Below are positions 56,154 through 64,000 of a stretch of 64,000 nucleotides of DNA, one piece after another. The DNA is from Vicugna vicugna (lineage: Eukaryota). Both the position numbers and the translations under genes were made by a program. The number at the start of each line of letters is the position of its first letter. Within the stretch, counting starts at the first letter, position 1. Location: NCBI GenBank assembly GCA_013265495.1, contig MU058687.1:3040001-3104000 (forward strand), written 5' to 3'. The notes beneath the pieces were generated by a model. That model was given only the letters and a program-made list of their open reading frames with translations. It was not told where the DNA came from and ran no database searches.

Positions 56154-59100
56154 CTGTGGAAACAACAAACAATGATCAGTTTTCACTGATTCCTACAGAT
56201 ACGTGGAGGGAATACAATAAAACAAGGCTCACAGCTAGGTAATGTAAGGAAAAGGATGGAGGAGGGAGGTTCAGAGATGGATTTATTCAGAGATGGATTA
56301 AACACTTACTCTGTATCTTACAAGCCTGATTTAGGGCATTTATTCTGATTCTGCCCTCCTCAAGACCAAGATTCACTAGCTTTATTTAGCTTTTGGCAGG
56401 TTCCAAAATATCTAACAGGGAGCTAAACTTCATGTTAACCAAAAGCTCAGCAATTTCATGCTATGAGAGATGAGTCAGCTGTGTTCCCCAAATAGCTCAA
56501 ATTCACTTCAACCACTTCTTATTTCCAATAGGTAGGTCACATCCAGCCCCAGGAAGCTATACAGTTTGGATATTCTGAATCTGTAACATTTGTTCCTGTA
56601 CTTTCAGTAGTTAGTCCCTCCTATCTCCTAGGTTTAACAGTCATCAGAGCACTATAATTAAGTCTCAGCCAAGGTCCCCAGATTACCCTTGTATCATCCC
56701 ACATCTCAAGACTGATTGATTTCTACTGTCTAACCAGTACTTTTGACCTGCAGGCCCACATGAGATCCTTATCAAGAGCTCCATAGGCTCGGCTGACAGC
56801 AATCCCATCCAGGACTTGGGAGTTTATCCTCGATGCTCATTTGTGAGCTGCATACTGAGAGTGCTGAAGGGGTGAGCTGCAGTGCTCACCGAGCTGTTGA
56901 GAATGGCATCAATCTTCTCCTCCTCTGCCGAACCTTTATCCACCTTGCTCCTGTACGCAAGCAACTGCTGACGATCTTTCAGGTCCCGGTAAGTCTGCCA
57001 TTGAAACAGACAACAATAAAAACCTCCCATCAGCCTGCTCTAGGAGGGCCTTCTTCCTTTTGTCACTCCCACTTTGAGCCAAGAGTCAAGGAAAAGCCGA
57101 TAGGCTACAGTGGGATGACTGTGGGGTCAAGCACTCATAGAACTTCATGTCAGAGAGAAGTCTACAGAGTTTATGTGGATAGATTCAGTTGTATGAATTC
57201 TCCGAGTGCAACAAATTTATAAAAGCAGAGAGAAACCAGTCAGAGGGCTGGGAAAATCACACAGGAGCACTGGTCTCCAAACTAACTCCTAACAGATCAT
57301 TCTGTCCATTGAGACAAGAAAGACATAAGTATCTCAGGATCAAGGCCCTGAGACTAATGTAATCCCCACTCTCCACTGAGGTCTAACTCAAGATTCTCAT
57401 TTCTTAGGGACTCACATCAATGACGACATCGTGACACTTGAACTTGGTGGCTAAGTTCAACTTTGTGTCCACATCTTCCACCAGATTGACATACTCCTGT
57501 AATATCTATGGGAAGAAGTACTTCTGATTAACAATTTCCAGATGCATAAAACCCAGAGCTCTGAAAGGTGGAATAAAATCCTGAAGAATGAAAAGAGTTC
57601 AGTACCTGCTGTCTACAATTCCCATCCTCAACCCCAGGACCAGTTCCATAATGGGAAATGAGGTGCACTCTCTGCAGTACTCCCGTGCTCCCCCAGGAAA
57701 GAAAGGAAGGGCCCATTCCTCCTTAGCCCAGAGCTAGATACCCATGCTAGCAACAGGTGTGCCCTGGATCTGACCCAGGGCTGTGCCCCTTGCTCCTTGA
57801 TGTCCTTTCTCAGTGAGGTCTCCTTTTGTATCACTTGAACAGTATGTTAGTACTCCACCCGGGCTAACCATAGTAGCTGCTCCTCAGAGAGGGTAGCCTG
57901 GGATTACTCCTAAAGGGCCGAGGAGAATTTCCTTTCCTGACCTTTTCTATCTCAAGGTGCAGTACAGCCATTATACTGCCTTTCAGGTAAGACTACAGCA
58001 GGTCAGGTCTCCCACTGCTGACCAGTAAGAGCTTAAAAGTTAGGTCTCCAAGAGGATCTTGTACTCAACTCTCTTTAGGAGCCATTACCTGGACTGGGGC
58101 ACTGTTCTTGTGCAAAATTTCCACAACCCGATGGAAGCCAATGGGTGCTCTCTTTTTGGTGTAGCCCAGCCAGTTCTGAAAAAGGAAGACAGGTCAGCCG
58201 TCAGTAGGCCAGATACATTCAACATACCCTGAGCTAGACTCCCTATGTTTTGTGGTCAGACTAGCATAACATGGTGGTGAGAATAGATGGGTGGGGAGAG
58301 AGCAATGAAGAGAGATGAGAGTTTCAGAAAAGTCAAGGAACTCTGGATGGTGGGAAAAAGTCAGAGGTATGAAATAAGTTCTTAGATCTATAGGTATGGA
58401 TGCAGAAAAAAGTGTGAAATATGGCTAAATGAAATAATTAATTTATTTAACAATACTTGTAGTATGAACTTTTCTGGGTAGAAAAGTCCTATCCTTTACG
58501 TCTTTATATTTATATAAATGTTTATTTGGAAATTTATGAGGAAAAGTATGAAAAGCCACCCATAAAACTTTTCAGTGTTTGCCTTGAGGAAGGGACTGAG
58601 AAAGGAACAGGTGCAGATCACGGAAGAGAAACTTCATTCTTTACTCTCTATACTTTCATTTCGGCTTTGATTTTGACACAGGGATGTACTGCATTGGTAG
58701 TCTATGTAGCGAATTACATAACTAACAAAGGGGGAAGACAAAAAGTCCTCAAACCAAAATGGAAAAATGGATATTCAAATTGTAAACCAACAGAGATATG
58801 ACAACCAAATGTAATGGAAAATCCTTGGCTGGACCCTGACAACAAACAAAAACAAAAACAAAGAAAAAAAACAGCTCGAAAGTGCTAATTTACATGTAGG
58901 ATAATATTATTATATTACTGTTAAATTTCTTGCGAGTGATAATATTGTGGTTATAAATGAGATAAATGCTTAAGTAACTATGGGAGAAGTGTTGTGATAT
59001 CTACAACTTACTTTCAAATGGTTCAGCAAAAGAAGAAAGCATATTTGCAATACGGCAAAAATGTTAACAAACTAGTGAAGTAGGGAAAAGACTATTAGTG

Positions 59101-62100
59101 TTCCTTTTACGATTCTTTCAGCTTTTCTATAGGTTTGAAACTCTGGAAAATAAAAAGTTTGAGGGAAAACATCAACCAGGAACTAGAACTTGCGACTTGG
59201 CATGGGATGACAAGATGGTATCTCCAAGGCGTCAGCAGCATGCACAGTCCCAGGGCACCCACCTTTGTGGTAAAGAGGGCATCGACATCATGCCAGGCCC
59301 GAAGCTTGGCGCGAGCAGCCAGGGCTGTCAGCACATACTGTTTGTCTGGGATCTAGAAAGCGGAGGCCAAGGGAAATTAAAGGGAAGTAGAAATGCATCA
59401 GGGGAGGTGCTTGAGAATTCTGGAAAAGATAGGCAAAAATATCCCCGGGGGTTGATTCTGCCCCTCTAAAATCCATAAACCTCTCTGGTTCCCAAGCCCC
59501 AGCACTGCCACAGGCCGTTCAGTAAAGCCTTTCTTCACCTCCCATAAGCTCATTCTTCTCTCCCTTAAACTTTGAATGTCAAGGGACTTACTGTGCAGGG
59601 TTACAAAGCAACATCCACTCCAGGTAGGTACCCTGATACTACTTTTACCAAACACTGCCCAATTTATATCTACCTTAAACGTCTTCTTCAGGTTGACCGG
59701 ACTGCTGAATGTCCCCTAGGATTAAAGCGAAGGAGGAATTTTAGTGTTAGTGACTTTCTCAAATACCTCCAATCTCTCATTTTCTTTTCCAATACCTAGA
59801 CACTCTGCATTTCACTCTAACCTTTAAACCCAGAAATTAATTTAAGCGAAAAGCTCCATCAGGTCTAACTGGATATCATCACAACCCAGCTTAAAAGGAT
59901 TGGATTAATAACTATGGTGTATTTCCCAGTTTTATGCTAATCCTATGATCATTATGATCACGTCAGCCCATGAGCCTTAAATTCACAACTCTTCAAAAAA
60001 TTTTGTTAAAGTACACATGAATACCGAACACCCCGCTGCTCTGCTCTGTGAGAACCCATGTGACATATGACCTCTGAGCAGAGACTGCTGTGGGACCAGC
60101 ACTGGCAAGGCACAATGTGCTATGTGGGCAGATCAGCTCACTGGAAGCGACACAAGCCCCAACAAACCTCTCTCCCTCCTGGTTCACCTCTGCTGAGAGC
60201 CAGGACAGCTTCCAGGTGGACTGCTGAGAACTGTGCACACACCCACTGTTTATTAATAGAGTACATCAGAATACTGCCTTTGAACTATGCTCCTCCTGTG
60301 CAGTGAGTGTGTGGGGTCTTTCTTTCACATTTTGCCTATACCTCAGCCTCCGTGTAGTGGTAGAAGCAGGAGTAGAAAAGCGTCGTCACTAACGGCATGT
60401 TGAGGATGGAAGCTTTGCGGGGGTGCTTCCGGAAGATCTCAGTCTGTCCTGCTGATTCCAGATGTCGATCATTTGCCTGTGATGCAGTGAGCCAAGTGGG
60501 GAAAAAAAAAAAAAAGAACAATGTCCACGGAATAGAGGCAGGAGAGAAGCCTTTAATAATACAGCTTTGCAAGGGGGTGGGAGTGGGTATAGCTCAGTGG
60601 TAGAGCAGCTGCTTAGCATGCACAGGGTCCTGGGTTCACTCTCCAGTACCTCCATTAAATTAACAAACAAAGAAATAAATCTAATTACCCCCTCCCCCAC
60701 CAAAAATATAGCAGTTCTGTTTCCTACCCTAGGAAAGAGGCAAAGAAGAGAGAAAGAAACATATTGCCTAGGATAGGCCAGGGGAGCCTAAAATCCATAG
60801 ATCCAAGTTGGATGAAGACCAAAGAAGCAGGAATGAAATGGGAGTTCTGGGACAAAGGGGAAATACTTCCAGGTTAACAGTGAGTGATAAGAGAAAGGAT
60901 GCCTGAGGACAACGGAGGGAAGGCTACTATGAAGAGAGAGAAAAGGAAACGCCCTTAGAAAACGTAACAGGAAATGACATATGTGGGCAGAGCAGAGGTC
61001 TATCCCAGATGCTGAATGGTAGTGAGCACTGGCACTGAAGCAGGAAGTCTGGTAATAAGGAGTTTAACCTCGATAATGATCTGACGTTCCAGGAGCGTGT
61101 AATGGTCTTGGATGTGTGCAGAATCTTCTGCTGAAAATGGCAAACTGGGAGAAGGCCAGAAGGTTAGTACATGATTCTCCAAATAGAAGATAACCCCAAC
61201 TAAACCAAATCATCACTGTAAGCATCAGAGGCTCATGGGCTGCACAAACCTGATCTCAATTCACCTTTAGAGCATCCCTAGAAAGACAGAGGGAGAGAAA
61301 GCAGAAAATAGGGTAGACCTTTGGCTGGGAGTTTTGTCAACTTCAAAGCGGTCCAGAAAGTCCACAAAATATATACAGTCACTAGTGGTTGTGCTGAGGA
61401 ATGAATTAGAATCCCCTCAGTACGAGGGTTGTAATGTTTGATGAATGAGTCACTTAGCTAGTGAGTGAGCCTAGTCAACTGTCCATCATCCACTTCCCAG
61501 AGAAGCACAGTGGTTCCTGTCATTGCTTAATGTTAATCCTTTACTCTCTTTATGGGGCACGTCCATTTGTTAACCTTTTTAAACACAGAGTTATAAGGTA
61601 AAATTAAATTACAAAGCATGGTGGCATGTTTGTAGACAGGTAAAGATCTCAAAGCTCTACACAAATGTCAAGGATCCCATTCTCAACACTATATTTTTAC
61701 ACATGAAGAAGTTGAGGGACAAACAGTGTCTTGCCTAAAAGGTATATGGTAAGTCAGTAGGTAAGCCAGGAATGGAAGCCAGATTTTAAACTCCCAGTTC
61801 ACAGATCTTCATTTAAAAAGTGCTACCTTATTCTCCTACTTCACTCACTCCAGGAAGAATTCTAAAATTCAATTACACTATCCCAGGTAAGTGTGAGCCC
61901 CAGCCAATTTTTAGAGGAGATAAAGGGAGACAGCAAAAGGTTCCAGGTACGTCACTCTTCAAACTTTGCTCTTTGTTTACCAGAGCCCATACAACGTAGC
62001 TCAGTAGCTGGTAACATTAAAATTAAGGATTGCATTGACAATTCTAAATGTGAAACCTGGAAATGTCACATGAGGAATGACTAAAATAACTATTACCACT

Positions 62101-62985
62101 GAAACTGAAGTAAAGTCTATTGGGTTAACTCCATACCTGTCCTGAAATATACAGGGAAGCAAGTTTCAGCTCAATATTAGGAAGCACTTTTCAACACTGA
62201 AGGTTGTCTGACAGTAAAATAAGTTACTTCCAAGAGTAGTGTGTACCCATCACTGGAAGAATAATATGTGAGGCTGGTTTTTACAGGGACTTAAATTCTA
62301 GATGAGAGCTGGGCTCAATCAGTGGTTCTTGGACTGTGGGGTTTCTAGAACAGTAACACTGAAAATGATACATAAAGTAAAATGTTACTGACCTTTAATT
62401 TTAATACATAAGGTCATACAAAAAGATTACAACTTATTTTTCTACCAAACAAGGCAGGGGGAAGGAAAAATGTTCCAAAATAAAAGTCAGTCTTTCAAAT
62501 TAAATAAATTTAGCTTTAGAAAAAAACTCTCGGAGGGGGAGGGTATAGATCAGTGGTTGAGTGCAGGCTTAGCATGCACGAGGTCCTGAGTTCAATCTCC
62601 ACTACCTCCATTAAAAAAATAAGTAAGTAACCCTAATTACCTACTCTGCCCCAAAAATAAATAAACTATTTAAAAAATAAATAAACGAAGTGGGGGGAAA
62701 AGAAAAAAACTCTGTACATTATTTTTCTCAATTTACCACCAGTCAGTGAAAACTCCTTGGGGGACTCTAGGAACCACTGAATGGAACTATCTTTTTAATG
62801 ACATTTACATGATCCATTGTTAGCTTTTCTCTTCAACTATTTATCCATTCCATCCTTTTTTAGTCTCTGTGAAAGAGTATTTATACTTAAAAACATTTCT
62901 CCCCCGCTTACCCAATGCAGGTCTTAAGAAATTCTTTCCGTTTATCAGGGTCCTGAATGTTCAAGTGCTCTCGATAATGGGACAG
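56133..62985 (-). CDS. VIPAS39: VIPAS39 (VIPAR/SPE-39, VPS33B partner), 3' part of CDS; gene continues beyond window end
   Basis: complement(join(56133..56153,56890..56994,57416..57505,58089..58175,59263..59352,59674..59715,60342..60476,61069..61144,62912..62985)); [23 protein letters not shown]...[18 protein letters not shown]. Confidence 0.95.
56890..56994 (-). CDS. VIPAS39: VIPAS39 exon (105 nt)
   Basis: ggcag|[35 protein letters not shown]|gtgagc. Confidence 0.93.
57416..57505 (-). CDS. VIPAS39: VIPAS39 exon (90 nt)
   Basis: cccatag|[30 protein letters not shown]|gtgagt. Confidence 0.93.
58089..58175 (-). CDS. VIPAS39: VIPAS39 exon (87 nt)
   Basis: ttttcag|[29 protein letters not shown]|gtaatg. 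Confidence 0.93.
58790..59165 (+). mobile_element. L1MC-like 3' fragment
   Basis: gagatatgacaaccaaatgtaatg...caacttactttcaaatggttcagcaaaa. Confidence 0.65.
59263..59352 (-). CDS. VIPAS39: VIPAS39 exon (90 nt)
   Basis: ttctag|[30 protein letters not shown]|gtgggt. Confidence 0.93.
59674..59715 (-). CDS. VIPAS39: VIPAS39 exon (42 nt)
   Basis: tcctag|[14 protein letters not shown]|gtagat. Confidence 0.9.
60342..60476 (-). CDS. VIPAS39: VIPAS39 exon (135 nt)
   Basis: tcacag|[45 protein letters not shown]|gtatag. Confidence 0.93.
60579..60706 (+). mobile_element. tRNA-Ala-derived SINE (Vic-1-like)
   Basis: gggtatagctcagtggtagagc...cttagcatgcac...gggttcactctccagtacctcca, A-rich linker, ctaattaccccctccccc tail. 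Confidence 0.85.
61069..61144 (-). CDS. VIPAS39: VIPAS39 exon (76 nt)
   Basis: ctcccag|[25 protein letters not shown]|gttaaa. Confidence 0.92.
62533..62700 (+). mobile_element. tRNA-Ala-derived SINE (Vic-1-like)
   Basis: Same head; 13-bp TSD agaaaaaaactct at 62518-62530 and 62701-62713. Confidence 0.88.
62912..62985 (-). CDS. VIPAS39: VIPAS39 exon (74 nt)
   Basis: tttgcag|[24 protein letters not shown]|gtaagc. Confidence 0.92.
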
Positions 62986-63159
62986 CTGCAAAAAACAAGA
63001 GAAAGGCTTTGAGCTGCTACTTCTCCTTAAAAAGGTGAGGTAGCTCTGTAAGTAGATTTTTCATGCTTAAAAACTAAATTCTTCATTGTCAGAGATTCCT
63101 CTGGGAGTAGATGGGGGGAAGAGGGCAAGGAGTCATTCAAAATTATTATCCATAACGGC

Positions 63160-63352
63160 AATATCCAATATAGTACCCACTAGCCACATTTGGTTGTCTA
63201 TATTTAAATTTAGTTAAACTAAAAATGCAGGTCCTTAGTTGAATTAGTCACTTTTTAAGTGCTCGATAGCTGCATGTGGCTAGCAGCTGTCACATCAGAC
63301 AGCACAGACACAGAATACTGCCGTCACTGTAGGCCCTCTCCTGGACAGTGCT
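63160..63352 (-). mobile_element. MER3-like hAT relic
   Basis: tccaatatagtacccactagccacat...aagtgctcgatagctgcatgtggctag...tggacagtgctg. Confidence 0.7.
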
Positions 63353-63816
63353 GACCTATAATGAAGCACCAAGTGGACAGAGCACCAAGCTTTTTTCTGA
63401 AGTTTGGCTTTGGCTTCAGTATTCAACCAAAACCAGATTTTGCTTCAGCCTTAGCCTTTGAAAGGCCCAAGAATGGAATGACGACTTCAACATTAGCCTT
63501 GGCATCCTTGCCCTCATACGTGATCAACGGTAGCCTGATCCTGCAAATACCTAACAATTAACAATGTAGGTAACATGAATAGGGAGTGGCATGCTGATTC
63601 ACTGCTGATAGCTAAATACAGCATTCACATGCAAAGACTACAGGTTCTACCTGCAACTCTAAAAGAAAAATTCCTTAGATGCTTTCTATTCTGAAATTCT
63701 AAGAAATGAGCTGAAGTTTAAATGTCTATTTGTTATTACAAAGATTAAATGAAGCAATAATGAATGATTGTGAAAGCTGCAATTTTAGATACAATCATTA
63801 AAAAAAAGTAGACAGT

Positions 63817-63943
63817 GGGGAGGGTATAGCTCAGTGGTAGAGCACATGCTTAGCATGCAGGAGGTCCTGGGTTCAATCCCCAGCACCTCCATTATAAATA
63901 CATACATACATACATACATACATAACGCCCTCCCCCAAAAAAA
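63817..63943 (+). mobile_element. tRNA-Ala-derived SINE (Vic-1-like) with (TACA)n linker
   Basis: ggggagggtatagctcagtggtagagc...ttagcat...gggttcaatccccagcacctcca; intact A and B boxes. Confidence 0.88.
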
Positions 63944-64000
63944 CAGTTAATACGAATATTAAGAGAATTAAATGACTTTAGGAAGAACAGTATATCCTTT

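Noticed and set aside
63651..63658. Possible 8-nt VIPAS39 micro-exon (ttcttttag|AGTTGCAG|gtagaa)
   Set aside because: Weak donor, frameshifting length, and no match to the recalled upstream peptide; the preceding exon probably lies outside the window.
63817..63891. tRNA-Ala(AGC) gene
   Set aside because: Acceptor and anticodon stems have mismatches, and there is a SINE-type tail with related copies nearby; treated as a SINE.

Overview
Mammalian genomic DNA carrying the conserved block TMED8(-) / SAMD15(+) / NOXRED1(-) / VIPAS39(-, 3' part only), which I recall as human 14q24.3. tRNA-Ala-derived SINEs of the Vic-1 type suggest a camelid (inference). Exons were read by hand; all have GT-AG boundaries and compatible phases. 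TMED8: 6 coding exons, 325 aa. SAMD15: 3 exons, 695 aa. NOXRED1: 6 exons, 359 aa. VIPAS39: last 9 coding exons. TMED8 and SAMD15 share a CpG-island bidirectional promoter. The rest is introns and UTRs with L1, L2, MIR, hAT, LTR and SINE relics and microsatellites. I found no evidence for a new multi-gene system. The most unusual items are a small complex rearrangement near 26 kb (a MER20 split by an inversion plus a 129-bp templated duplication), AG|GT recursive-splice-like exon starts, a weak TMED8 acceptor with a strong out-of-frame competitor, and RFX/ETS motifs in the shared promoter. Gene and repeat names come from recalled sequences, not database searches; old-repeat boundaries are approximate.
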